The notes under the pieces: model-generated
Seen by the model: only the letters and a program-made list of their open reading frames with translations
Told to the model about the DNA's origin: nothing
Database searches by the model: none
Assembly (NCBI GenBank): GCA_001567105.1
Contig: LMZR01000072.1
Span: 25,576-89,575 of the forward strand
Length of the DNA stretch: 64,000 nucleotides
DNA from: Chloroflexi bacterium OLB14
GTDB lineage: Bacteria; Chloroflexota; Anaerolineae; Anaerolineales; Villigracilaceae
Reading direction: 5' to 3'
Part shown: one piece after another, positions 54,758 to 64,000 of the stretch
Numbering within the stretch: position 1 is the stretch's first letter
How the letters are laid out: each line of letters starts with the position of its first letter
Position numbers and translations under genes: made by a program

Positions 54758-54846
54758 TTAAACACAAAGGCAAAAATCATGAAGGCATAATTAATAAAAT
54801 AATAATTTTTGCCTTCCTTTGTGACCTTAGTACCAATTGTGTTTAA
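54758..54846. repeat. hairpin element TTAAACACAAAGGCAAAAAT ... ATTTTTGCCTTCCTTTGTG ... TTGTGTTTAA
   Basis: Shares AAACACAAAGG and CCTTAGT blocks with the ends of 8443-8665 and 51233-51250. Confidence 0.55.
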
Positions 54847-54949
54847 TTATTTTGTTATTGCACTGTAAGGTTAATTACAATTTCCTTACCTCGCGTTTGT
54901 GAATCAAATTTCAGACACAACCATAAAGTATAATCTTACTTAAATAATT

Positions 54950-56206
54950 ATGATACCTGCCCGTATAAACTTACCTGTCCGAATACTAGAATTGATGCGC
55001 AACCTCAGCTCTATCAATGAGCTAGAATTATATTTACATTCTATCCTTTCTGTCGCAGCTGAGTCCACAAATAGCGCCAGTGCTTCACTTTTAGAATATG
55101 ATGAAGTTACTAAAGATTTTTATTTCAAATCTATGCTCTGGTTTCAAGGTGACCAAGTCCGCTCGGCGCATGTACCCGTACAGGGCAGTGTGGCAGGGGC
55201 TGTATTTTTATACAACAAACCTGTTGCAATTGACGATGTTTCGAAAGATAATCGTCATTATAAAAAAATAGATGAACTAGCTGGCTTCGTCACAAAATCT
55301 ATTTTAGGTGTACCAGTGGTTTATAACGAAAAAACTGTGGCTGTGTTAGAAGTATTCAACAAAAAGGAAAAGTACACAGAGGAAGATATTTTTATAGTGG
55401 AGGTATTAGCATCATTAGCGGGTGCCGCCTTGCACAACGAAACTCTCGAGAAAAAGATTCAAGCCACACAAGAAGAAGCTCGCGAATTAGAACAGCTCAA
55501 AAATGAATTTATTGCCATTGCTTCACATGAATTACGTACACCGTTGGGTTTAATTTTGGGGCATGCCACATTTTTGAAAGAATTAATCAATAGCCCAGAT
55601 TATGAAGAACAAATTGACACCATCATTCGTAACGCCACCCGTTTAAAAGAAATTATCGAAAACCTAACCCGTGTAGATAATTACGAAACAGGTAGCGCCT
55701 TGCTACACTCAACAAAAGCCTCAGTTTCAAGAATTATTGAAGATGTTGCCATCTCATTTAACGATATGGCAAAAAAGAAAAACATTACCCTCAAAACCGA
55801 AACACCTCCAGGTCAGGATTTATTAGTAGATATTGATGGCACAAAAATAGCAATAGTATTAAGCAATATATTAAAGAATGCTATCGCATTTACAAATGAA
55901 AATGGCTTGGTCATTATGCGTGCCGAACAACATCCCGATTACATCAAAGTTAGTGTGCAAGATAATGGCATTGGTATCCCAGCCAAAGATATCAATCACA
56001 TCTTCGATCGTTTTTATCAAGTCGAGTCACATCTCACGCGCAAACATGGCGGCATGGGGCTTGGGCTTTCCGTTTCAAAAGTGATGATTGAAATGCACGG
56101 CGGGCGCATTTGGGCTGAAAGCGAAGAAGGCACAGGAAGCGTATTTTCCTTCCTCTTACCCGTACGAAAAACACAACCACTTCCGCAAACTCCTTTCAAA
56201 AGTTAA
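54950..56206 (+). CDS. GAF domain sensor histidine kinase
   Basis: GAF domain, H-box SHELRTPL, N/G1/G2 boxes. Confidence 0.85.
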   Translation: MIPARINLPVRILELMRNLSSINELELYLHSILSVAAESTNSASASLLEYDEVTKDFYFKSMLWFQGDQVRSAHVPVQGSVAGAVFLYNKPVAIDDVSKDNRHYKKIDELAGFVTKSILGVPVVYNEKTVAVLEVFNKKEKYTEEDIFIVEVLASLAGAALHNETLEKKIQATQEEARELEQLKNEFIAIASHELRTPLGLILGHATFLKELINSPDYEEQIDTIIRNATRLKEIIENLTRVDNYETGSALLHSTKASVSRIIEDVAISFNDMAKKKNITLKTETPPGQDLLVDIDGTKIAIVLSNILKNAIAFTNENGLVIMRAEQHPDYIKVSVQDNGIGIPAKDINHIFDRFYQVESHLTRKHGGMGLGLSVSKVMIEMHGGRIWAESEEGTGSVFSFLLPVRKTQPLPQTPFKS

Positions 56207-56320
56207 ATATGGAGTCAGCCAGCTCGCTGGCGAAATACGGGAGCAAGCTCCCTGACTCCATAATTTTATTTCAAGCGGGAAATTTTTTGATAAACTAATC
56301 CTCAAAGGAATCCTAATCTG

Positions 56321-57502
56321 ATGCAACGCCTCAACCTACAATTCGAGTTGATTCGACAATCCCCAACCGTATCAATGGGTGACAGAATCATGGCGCTCCA
56401 AGCCAGTGGTAAAAATATTGTCGCCTTACAAATGGGCGACCCTGACTTTGGCACACCACCTGCTGTATTAGATGTTGCTTTCAAAGCCATGCAATCTGGA
56501 TTAACCCATTATGCTCCCTCACGCGGATTTTTAGAATTACGAAAAGCAGTAGCGACAAAATTATTGCGTGATGAAGGCGTTGAATACAATCCTGAAACAG
56601 AAATTTTAATTACACATGGTGGCATCCATGCTTATTACCTTGCTATGCAATCTATTTTGAATCCTGATGATGATGTATTAATCCCAGACCCGTCATGGGC
56701 GACGCATGCCAACATGGCAACCATGTTAAGAGGAAATGTAATTCGCGTGCCTGCTCCTGCCGAAAATAATTTCATCCCATATTTTGAAGCATGGCAAAAA
56801 GCATTAACTGCCAAAACAAAAATTATCGTTTTGAATTATCCATCGAATCCAACGGGTATGTTTCCGTCCAAAGAATATTTACAAAAGTTACAAGATTTTG
56901 CCAAAGAAAATAATTTATGGATTGTTGCAGACGAAGTGTATGGCAGTTTATTTTTTGATGAAAAGCCAACATCCGTTGCGGCATTTGATGGTGCAAAAGA
57001 AAGAACATTGTTGGTAAATAGTTTGTCAAAATCGTATGCTATGACGGGTTGGCGAGTTGGTTATTTAGCCGCGCCACAAGCCGTGATTGAAAACGCCATC
57101 AAAGCAGGACAAAATTCAATCACCTGTGTTGCCCCGTTTATTCAAAAAGCCGCCGCATTTGCATTAACCGATTCTGCTATTCAAGAAGAAACTGCAAAAA
57201 TGCGTGCAGGTTATAAAAGGCGAAGAGATTTAGTCATTCGTTTATCTCATGAGCTTGAAAGTGAAAAAGTAAAAATCATTGAACCCAAAGGTGCTTTTTA
57301 TTTTTTTCTTGATTTACGTTCATTGAACATGCCTTCTGTTGAAATGTGCGAAAAAATTTTAGAAGAATATGGCGTTGGGCTTGTGCCTGGCTCCGCTTTT
57401 GGAAAAGAAGGCGAAGGTTTTATTCGTCTGTGCATCGCCGCTTCGGATGAAGATGTGGAATCTGGTTTTAGAAAAATTGTGGCATGGGCAGAAAAACAAT
57501 AA
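56321..57502 (+). CDS. PLP-dependent aminotransferase (aspartate/aromatic type)
   Basis: NYPSNPTG and SLSKSYAMTGWRVGY motifs. Confidence 0.85.
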   Translation: MQRLNLQFELIRQSPTVSMGDRIMALQASGKNIVALQMGDPDFGTPPAVLDVAFKAMQSGLTHYAPSRGFLELRKAVATKLLRDEGVEYNPETEILITHGGIHAYYLAMQSILNPDDDVLIPDPSWATHANMATMLRGNVIRVPAPAENNFIPYFEAWQKALTAKTKIIVLNYPSNPTGMFPSKEYLQKLQDFAKENNLWIVADEVYGSLFFDEKPTSVAAFDGAKERTLLVNSLSKSYAMTGWRVGYLAAPQAVIENAIKAGQNSITCVAPFIQKAAAFALTDSAIQEETAKMRAGYKRRRDLVIRLSHELESEKVKIIEPKGAFYFFLDLRSLNMPSVEMCEKILEEYGVGLVPGSAFGKEGEGFIRLCIAASDEDVESGFRKIVAWAEKQ

Positions 57503-57504
57503 TA

Positions 57505-57552
57505 CGTGATTCGTAATGCGTAAGAAATACTTTACGAGTTACGCATTACGCT
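57505..57552. repeat. inverted heptamer arrays forming a hairpin between the aminotransferase and pheA
   Basis: CGTGATT CGTAATG CGTAAGA ... TTACGAG TTACGCA TTACGCT. Confidence 0.8.
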
Positions 57553-57582
57553 TTGCGAAATAATTTTTAATCGGAGATAATT

Positions 57583-58395
57583 ATGAAAGTCGCATTTCAA
57601 GGTGAGCATGGCGCATATAGCGAGCAAGCCATATTTGAATATTTCGGCAAAGGTGTAGACACGCTTCCATGTGAATCATTTGATGCTTTGTTTGATGCAG
57701 TTGCTTCTAACAAGGTGGATGCAGGCTTTGCTCCGATTGAAAATTCACTGGCGGGGAGTATTCATGCAAATTATGATTTGCTACTTCAACATAACTTACA
57801 CATTGTCGCTGAATATGTTTTGCGCGTGAGACATTGTTTGATTGCAATGCCGAATGTCAAAAAAGAAGAGGTAAAAAAAGCAATTAGTCATCCGCAGGCG
57901 TTAGGTCAATGTGCAAGTTATTTAAGAAATTTAAATATCAAACCCGAAGCAGTGTATGACACAGCTGGCAGTGTTAAGCTGTTGAAAGAATCTGGCGCAA
58001 AAGATACAGCCGCAATTGCATCTAAACGAGCAGCTGAGTTATATGAGATGCAAATTCTGGAAGAAGGCATTGAAGATAATGCAGAAAACTTCACGCGATT
58101 CCTATGTATCAGTGCAGAACCAACTGTCCCTAAGCCTGAAGCGAAAACGTCAATTGTGTTTACGTTAAAAAATCAAGCAGGCGCTTTGTATAAAGCATTA
58201 TCCGTTTTTGCTTTGCGCGATATTGATTTAACAAAAATTGAATCACGCCCGTTGCAAGGCAAGCCGTGGGAATATCTTTTTTATATTGATTTTATCGGCT
58301 CGCTTGATGATGAGGTTTGTAAAAAGGCATTAGAAAATTTAGGGGAACATGCACTCATGTTACGAGTGTTGGGTTCGTATCCAAGATTTAAGTAG
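57583..58395 (+). CDS. pheA: prephenate dehydratase
   Basis: PDT domain plus ACT domain; TKIESRPL motif. Confidence 0.88.
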   Translation: MKVAFQGEHGAYSEQAIFEYFGKGVDTLPCESFDALFDAVASNKVDAGFAPIENSLAGSIHANYDLLLQHNLHIVAEYVLRVRHCLIAMPNVKKEEVKKAISHPQALGQCASYLRNLNIKPEAVYDTAGSVKLLKESGAKDTAAIASKRAAELYEMQILEEGIEDNAENFTRFLCISAEPTVPKPEAKTSIVFTLKNQAGALYKALSVFALRDIDLTKIESRPLQGKPWEYLFYIDFIGSLDDEVCKKALENLGEHALMLRVLGSYPRFK

Positions 58396-58461
58396 ATTCA
58401 ATTTGCCACTTGACAAGTCAGAATTTTTGTTCTATAATATGTAACAGATTGGTTACATATT

Positions 58462-58878
58462 ATGAGACGTGATGTTTTTCAAGCCATTGCAGACCCGAAT
58501 CGCAGAGCCATCTTAAGTTTGTTGGCAAAAAATGAAAGGCTAAACTTAAATGGTGTTGCTCAAAATTTTCGCATCAGCCGACCTGCTGTTTCGCGCCATA
58601 TCAAAATTTTGAAAGAATGTGGTTTGGTGATTGTGATTCAAGAAGGGCGTGAACGATATTGCGAAGCCAAGTTTGATAAGTTGGATGAAGTGACCGATTG
58701 GATAGAAAAATATCGTCAGTTTTGGGAAGAACGCTTTAGTCGTTTAGATAAAGTTTTAGCAGAGTTGAAAAAACAGGAGAAGAAAAAAAAATGTCAAAAA
58801 ATAAAACAAACATTGTTGTTGAACCAAACAAGCAAGAACTTTTTATCACCCGCGAATTTGATGCGCCACGCGAGTTAG
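58462..58878 (+). CDS. ArsR/SmtB family transcriptional regulator (3' end uncertain)
   Basis: [19 protein letters not shown]. The 29-aa tail after the A9 run 58783-58791 overlaps the next gene by 88 nt and looks like read-through. Confidence 0.75.
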   Translation: MRRDVFQAIADPNRRAILSLLAKNERLNLNGVAQNFRISRPAVSRHIKILKECGLVIVIQEGRERYCEAKFDKLDEVTDWIEKYRQFWEERFSRLDKVLAELKKQEKKKKCQKIKQTLLLNQTSKNFLSPANLMRHAS

Positions 58879-59273
58879 TTTTCAAAGCACATACTGATGC
58901 AAAACTTTATGTGCAATGGTTAGGACCACATGGCTATGAGATGATTTTAGAAGAATTTGAACCTGTCAGTGGTGGTAAGTATCGTTACCTTCACAAAGAT
59001 AAAGAAGGCAATGCTTATGCTTTTCGTGGCACATTCCATACCATGACTGAAGAGTTGATGATTCAAACTTTTGAGTTTGAAGGGATGCCTGAATCTGGTC
59101 ATGTGGCGTTGGATACGATGAAGCTCGAGAAATTACCAAATAATCGTACACGAATCACGATTCATTCTGTCTATCAATCTGTTGCAGACCGCGATGGCAT
59201 GGTGCAAAGTGGAATGGAATCTGGTGTGGTTGAAGGCTATGAGCGACTCGATGATCTTTTGAAGAAGATGTAA
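58791..59273 (+). CDS. SRPBCC/AHSA1 domain protein
   Basis: Typical ArsR-adjacent family; [14 protein letters not shown]. Confidence 0.75.
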   Translation: MSKNKTNIVVEPNKQELFITREFDAPRELVFKAHTDAKLYVQWLGPHGYEMILEEFEPVSGGKYRYLHKDKEGNAYAFRGTFHTMTEELMIQTFEFEGMPESGHVALDTMKLEKLPNNRTRITIHSVYQSVADRDGMVQSGMESGVVEGYERLDDLLKKM

Positions 59274-59332
59274 CTATGGCTAATAACCCTCACCTAAAAG
59301 GAGAGGAGACTCAAACTTAAAGGAAAAACAAA

Positions 59333-59773
59333 ATGAATAGAATTACTCCGTTTTTATGGTTCGATACCCAAGCAGAAGAGGCAATGAATTACTACGTTTC
59401 CATCTTCAAGAATTCAAAAGTGTTGAGTTCAAATCCACAAATGGTAAATTTCATTTTGGATGGACAAGAATTTATTGGGCTGAACGCAGGTCCGCAACAT
59501 AAATTCAATGAAGCAGTTTCGTTCTTCGTTCAATGCGAGAACCAAACAGAAGTAGATTATTACTGGAATAAATTAATTGCTGATGGTGGCGAAGAAGGTC
59601 CATGCGGCTGGTGTAAAGATAAGTTTGGTTTGTGGTGGCAGGTTATTCCTAATCAATTAGGTGAATTAATGGGCGATCCCAACCCTGAAAAAGCACAGCG
59701 CGTTGTGCAAGCCATGTTGCAAATGCAAAAGATTGTCGTTGCTGATTTGGAAAAGGCATATAATCAGAAATAA
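59333..59773 (+). CDS. VOC family protein (PhnB / 3-demethylubiquinone methyltransferase-like)
   Basis: ITPFLWFDTQAEEAMNYY and CGWCKDKFGLWWQV. Confidence 0.8.
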   Translation: MNRITPFLWFDTQAEEAMNYYVSIFKNSKVLSSNPQMVNFILDGQEFIGLNAGPQHKFNEAVSFFVQCENQTEVDYYWNKLIADGGEEGPCGWCKDKFGLWWQVIPNQLGELMGDPNPEKAQRVVQAMLQMQKIVVADLEKAYNQK

Positions 59774-59794
59774 ATTTATTTACAGGAGCAAACC

Positions 59795-60082
59795 ATGTCA
59801 TTTCAAGCATATTTAGATAATATAGAAGCAAAAACAGGTAAAGCACCAAAGCATTTTGTTGCCGAGGCGAAGAAGAAAAAGTTAACCGAATTTAAAGATT
59901 TGCTGGCATGGTTGAAGAAGGATTATGGTCTCGGCACGGGTCATGCTAGAGCCATTATTTACGTCATCCAACATGGTGATACGATCACACTCAAGCACAC
60001 CACTGGCACACATCGAGATGCCTCTGCCAAGTTGAAGTTGGATGGTAAGAAGAAACCTGTAAAGAAGAAAGCCAAAGAGTAA
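59795..60082 (+). CDS. DUF4287 domain protein
   Basis: SFQAYLDNIEAKTGK ... GHARAIIYV. Confidence 0.7.
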   Translation: MSFQAYLDNIEAKTGKAPKHFVAEAKKKKLTEFKDLLAWLKKDYGLGTGHARAIIYVIQHGDTITLKHTTGTHRDASAKLKLDGKKKPVKKKAKE

Positions 60083-60083
60083 A

Positions 60084-60123
60084 TAACAAAGGCGCAGAGC
60101 AAAACTCTGCGCCTTTGTTATTT
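60084..60123 (+). terminator. strong terminator hairpin at the compositional boundary
   Basis: AATAACAAAGGCGCAGAG caaaa CTCTGCGCCTTTGTTATT then T. Confidence 0.8.
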
Positions 60124-60146
60124 ACTCAATGAATTGCGAAAACCTT

Positions 60147-61859
60147 CTACAACGTCCTCACGTACCGAAACTGCTTATAGCCTGGCGGGTCGGCGTTGAT
60201 GGCGGGATCAACTGTCACGTGCAGGACGGCGGGTTTGCCCGAATCAACCGCCCGTTGGAGCGCGGCGGGCAGGTCTTCCACCAGATCAACTTTTTCGCCG
60301 TAACAGCCCAAGCCTTGCGCGAGGATGTCGTAGCGCATCGCGGTTGAGATGTCCACGCCTTGCTGATGCTCAGGCGCGATGCCGCCGAAGTTGTGCGCGC
60401 TGCGTTCCATGCCCCAGCCGTCGTCCACCGCCACCAGCACAACGATGTTCGCGTTCTCGCGCAGAGCCGTTTCCATTTCCATGATGTTGAAGCCCGCCGC
60501 GCCGTCGCCCGTGATGCAATACACGGGTCGTTCGGGCGCCGCCAATTTCGCGCCGATGGCAAACGGGATGCCCGTGCCGAGAAAACCCATTTTGACCGAA
60601 TACAAAAAACTGCGCGGTTCATAAATTTGGTTGAACGCCACGCCCCACAACGTGGTGTTGCCGCCGTCCAATACGGTGACCGCGTTGCGCGGGAAAAAAC
60701 TGCGCGCGTTGAAAACCATCTGCCCGGGGTTGAGTCCGCGCGTGGGTTGCGCCATCAAAAATTGAAAACCGTTCGCCACTGTTTGTTGCGTCAACTCGCG
60801 GTAACGCGCCAGATCGGGCATTTCACTGCGGGCTTGCGTCTTTTCTTTTACTTTGGATAAGATCGCCTTGAGCGCGGATTTCGCGTCGGCGACGATGCCC
60901 ACGTCTACGGGGCGATTCAACCCGATGGAATTCGCATCGGAATCGATTTGAATTGTCTTCTGTTTTCCCGGCATTCCCCACGCTGGATGAGTCCCCCAGC
61001 CGTCATATTCGCCGAGCCGCGAGCCGACCACAAGGACAACGTCCGCTTCGTTGCGCGCCAGCGAGGTTGCCTGCATGTCGAACAGGAAAAAATAATGCGG
61101 ATGATCTTCGGGAACGACTCCGCGCGCGCCCATGCTGGAGCCCATGCCTGCGGCGAGATAATTTCCCAACTCCAAAAATTCAGCGGATGCATCCGCCCAC
61201 AACACGCCCTTGCCCGCGTGCAGATACGGCTTCTTTGAATTCGCCAGCAATTCGGCGGCTTGCTCGATCCAATCCGCATCGCCTGCGCCCATCTCGGTCA
61301 TGCGATATTGCGATGACGGATAGACTGGCACACTCTCCGCTTCGATCTTTGTCCCCAGCAATTCATCGGGGATGGCGATGAAAACGGGACCTGGTCTGCC
61401 CGTCAACGCGGCGCGGAAAGCGGAACGCATCATCTCGGGCAGTCGCTCTGGCTGACGGACAAGCGCGCTGTATTTGGTGATCGGTTTTGCCATCGCCACG
61501 AGATCAGTCGTTTGCCACGCGCCGCCACGTTCGGGGTCGGTGGTGAGGCGGCGGCGGGTGCAGGCGATCGCGATGATGGGATGTCCCCCCGCATACGCAG
61601 ATGAAAGTCCCGCCAGCATGTTCGCGCCGCCAGGTCCAGGCGAACCGATGACCACGCTCGGCTTGCCGTTGGTGCGCGTGTAGCCTTCCGCCAAATGGAC
61701 GGCGCCTTCTTCGTGCCTGCAATTGATGTGACGGATGCCGTATTCGCCCGCGCGTGAGGAAAAGGGGATGTGCGCCCCGTCAATGATGCCGAACATCATC
61801 TCGATGCCTTCGGCTTGTAAACATCTTGCCAGTAATTCTCCAACTGTAATTTCGGTCAT
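60147..61859 (-). CDS. thiamine pyrophosphate-binding enzyme (acetolactate synthase large subunit-like)
   Basis: 570 aa with N-terminal Pyr, central and C-terminal PP domains; GDGAAGFN TPP motif. Confidence 0.8.
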   Translation of the reverse strand: MTEITVGELLARCLQAEGIEMMFGIIDGAHIPFSSRAGEYGIRHINCRHEEGAVHLAEGYTRTNGKPSVVIGSPGPGGANMLAGLSSAYAGGHPIIAIACTRRRLTTDPERGGAWQTTDLVAMAKPITKYSALVRQPERLPEMMRSAFRAALTGRPGPVFIAIPDELLGTKIEAESVPVYPSSQYRMTEMGAGDADWIEQAAELLANSKKPYLHAGKGVLWADASAEFLELGNYLAAGMGSSMGARGVVPEDHPHYFFLFDMQATSLARNEADVVLVVGSRLGEYDGWGTHPAWGMPGKQKTIQIDSDANSIGLNRPVDVGIVADAKSALKAILSKVKEKTQARSEMPDLARYRELTQQTVANGFQFLMAQPTRGLNPGQMVFNARSFFPRNAVTVLDGGNTTLWGVAFNQIYEPRSFLYSVKMGFLGTGIPFAIGAKLAAPERPVYCITGDGAAGFNIMEMETALRENANIVVLVAVDDGWGMERSAHNFGGIAPEHQQGVDISTAMRYDILAQGLGCYGEKVDLVEDLPAALQRAVDSGKPAVLHVTVDPAINADPPGYKQFRYVRTL

Positions 61860-61882
61860 GTATTGCTCCTTGAAAAATTGTT

Positions 61883-63570
61883 CTAGGGTAGTTTTCCAAT
61901 TGGGCGGATTTTTCCGCCAGCGATGTGTTTGGCGGCGATGTAGCCAAATGTCATGGCAGGACCGATGGTACTGCCGGCTCCGGGATAGGTGTTGCCCATC
62001 ACCGAGGCGGAGGTGTTGCCCGCCGCGTAAAGTCCTGAGATCGGCGAACCGTCTGCGCTCAGGACGCGGGCGAATTCGTCAATCACTAACCCGCCTTTTG
62101 TGCCGAGATCGCCCGGCACCATTTGCACCGCATAGAAAGGCGGTTTCTCGATCGGCGCGAGGCAGGGATTGGGCTTGACGGTCGGGTCGCCGTAGTAGCG
62201 ATCATAGGCGCTGGCGCCGCGTTGGAAATCTTCGTCCACGCCATTGCGTGCAAATTGGTTGAAGCGCGTTATCGTCTCAGTGAGATTCTTTGGGTCGAGT
62301 CCGCAGGCTTGCGCCAGTTCTTCCAGTGTGTCGCCGCGTTTGAAATATCCGCTTTCAAAATAGGATTTGGGAATCGGTTGCATGGGGAAAAGTGTGCCGA
62401 AAATATATTTGTTGCGAAAGCGGCTGTCCATGATGAAGGTAGCGGGAACGTGCTTGTTTTCGGCGCTGTCTTTCTCGTACATGGCGTGAACGACTTCCAC
62501 GTACGAGGCGGCTTCGTTGGTGAAGCGTTTGCCTGCCGCGTTGACGATAATCGCACCGGGGTACGAGCGTTCGCCGACGTGGAACATGACCGGCATGTGC
62601 GGCGGCATACTTGAAGGACCCCACCACGCGTCTTCCATCAGGTCTATCTTCGCGCCGATCTTTATCCCCGCTTGAATTGCGTCGCCGGTGTTGCCGGGAC
62701 TGCCCGAACTCCACAAATGATTGACGGGTCCCTTTTGGAATTCTTCGCGCATCGCCTGATTGTGATCGAATCCGCCCGCCGCGAGAATCACGCCTTTGTT
62801 GGCGCGAATCCGAAACGGTTTGCCGTCTTTCTCTGCCAAAACTCCGGCAACTGCCCCGTCTTCGACGATCAATTCTTTTAATGGAGTGTTGAGCCAAATG
62901 GGGATTTTCTCGTCTTTGAGCGAAAGCCGTAAGCGTGCGATTAACGCCTGACCAAGCGCCAGATATTTCACTCCGGTTAGCAGGTTGAAGACCGTGCGTA
63001 GACCGACTTTGAACGCGACCCATTTTCCCGCCCAAGTGGAGGAGATCATCCCCAGTTTGTTGTATTCGCTGGCAGTGAACGCCATGCCTGCAGGGATTTT
63101 GATGCTCATGGGACGCAGTTGTTTGAAATCTTCACCGAGTTTGCTCCCGTCAAAGGGGAACCTTCGATGGCGCGTCCGTCTGCCATGCCGCCGGGGCGTT
63201 CGGGATAGTAATCGGCGTAGCCGACCGAGCGATGAAAGCGGACATGAGAATTGCTCGATAAATATTTCACCATCTCTGGGGCGTTTTCAAGATAGGCTTC
63301 TTGTAAGGCTTGCGGAGTGCGATCTCCGACCGTGTTTTTTAAATATGTGCGCGCTTTTTCAAGCGAGTCATCCAAGCCATCTCTTTGCAAAAGATAATTG
63401 TTCGGAATCCACAACCCTCCGCCTGAAAGAGCCGTCGAGCCGCCGTAGTATTCCGTCTTTTCGATTAGCAAAACATTTAATCCAGCTTGTTTCGCCACCA
63501 GCGCGGCAGTCATTGCTCCGCCACCCGTGCCGACAACAAGTACATCCGTTGTATGATCCCAATTTGTCAT
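61883..63570 (-). CDS. FAD-dependent dehydrogenase, 3-oxosteroid 1-dehydrogenase (KstD)/fumarate reductase family, split by a 1-nt deletion
   Basis: DVLVVGTGGGAMTAAL ... GGSTALSGGGLWIPNN. Adding one base at 63151-63157 reads AIEGSPFDGSKLGEDFKQLRPMSIKIP and joins both ORFs. Confidence 0.75.
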
Positions 63571-63603
63571 GTTTGTTTCCTTTGTAGATTGTCTGAAGTA
63601 TTT

Positions 63604-64000
63604 TTATAAAATGCCTTGTTCTCGTAACCAAATTTCTGTTCGTTGCATTCCTTCTTCCAAAGTCACCTGCTCATGCCAGCCGAGCAAGCGATGTGCTTTT
63701 TCGTTCGAGACGGTATTTTTCTTCGAGAGCATTTCCATCGCGCCGCGTCCAAGTTCGGTGGGTTTGCCGAGCAGTTTGAAGATGATGCGTCCGATCTCGG
63801 CGATTGCAATGGCTGTGGATGTGTCCATCACGCGCGGACTGCCCTTGCCCATCATCCGATAATAATGACCGAAGAAAGTTTCGCAGGTTAATTTCTTTTC
63901 TCCGCCAAGGATGAAAATCTGTCCGCTGGCTTCGTCTTTTTCGGCGGCGAGAATCACGCCGTTGATCAGGTCGTCAATGTAAATAGCGCGGAAGATTCCC
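63604..64000 (-). CDS. NAD-dependent epimerase/dehydratase family protein, C-terminal part (N-terminus beyond the window)
   Basis: Frame open to the window end; IYIDDLINGVILAAEKDEASGQIF typical of extended SDRs. Confidence 0.6.
   Translation of the reverse strand, partial: GIFRAIYIDDLINGVILAAEKDEASGQIFILGGEKKLTCETFFGHYYRMMGKGSPRVMDTSTAIAIAEIGRIIFKLLGKPTELGRGAMEMLSKKNTVSNEKAHRLLGWHEQVTLEEGMQRTEIWLREQGIL

Noticed and set aside
60129-63891. About 25 overlapping ORFs on both strands in the high-GC segment
   Set aside because: This is the typical long spurious ORF pattern of GC-rich DNA. Only the three minus-strand genes have recognisable domains; the others are Arg/Ala/Pro-rich shadows.

Overview
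This is a gene-dense, AT-rich (about 40% GC by eye) bacterial chromosomal segment. The taxon cannot be proven from sequence alone; the repeat content and lipoprotein style suggest a Chloroflexota-like metagenome-assembled genome, as a low-confidence guess.

Content in order:
- tRNA-Pro, an esterase and galE.
- A nirK locus: Crp/Fnr regulator, DUF1858 protein and membrane-anchored Cu nitrite reductase.
- A divergent CsoR-controlled copper operon: two tandem cupredoxins, CopZ and CopA.
- DUF2203, a Ser/Thr kinase, RarD, NDH-2, GH13 alpha-amylase and NhaA.
- Lpd plus the E2 and fused E1 genes of a 2-oxoacid dehydrogenase complex, interrupted by a GxxExxY cassette.
- A complete System I cytochrome c maturation cluster (ccmE-F-H-G ... 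ccmA-B-C-D) with a Cys-type CcmE.
- A long-form thyX, a HIT protein, two deacetylase-like paralogues, ino1, a GAF histidine kinase, an aminotransferase with pheA, and an ArsR-SRPBCC-VOC-DUF4287 cluster.
- The last ~3.9 kb (from ~60.1 kb) jumps to roughly 55-60% GC. It encodes a TPP enzyme, a KstD-like flavoprotein and an epimerase.

Most unusual locus: a translationally coupled gene pair at 31.6-32.9 kb. The two otherwise unrelated products share a G/N-rich C-terminal motif (IQNVYGxGNAVAGxGG) that is conserved at the protein level but not the DNA level. This resembles amyloid-signalling effector/partner pairs, in an architecture I do not recognise.

Other window-wide features:
- Heptanucleotide tandem repeats occur between genes, at gene 5' ends and in frame inside genes.
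- Several REP/MITE-like repeat families are present.
- At least a dozen frameshifts sit on homopolymer runs, which points to consensus errors rather than real pseudogenes.

The ORF track uses ATG, GTG and TTG as starts, so several starts were re-called.
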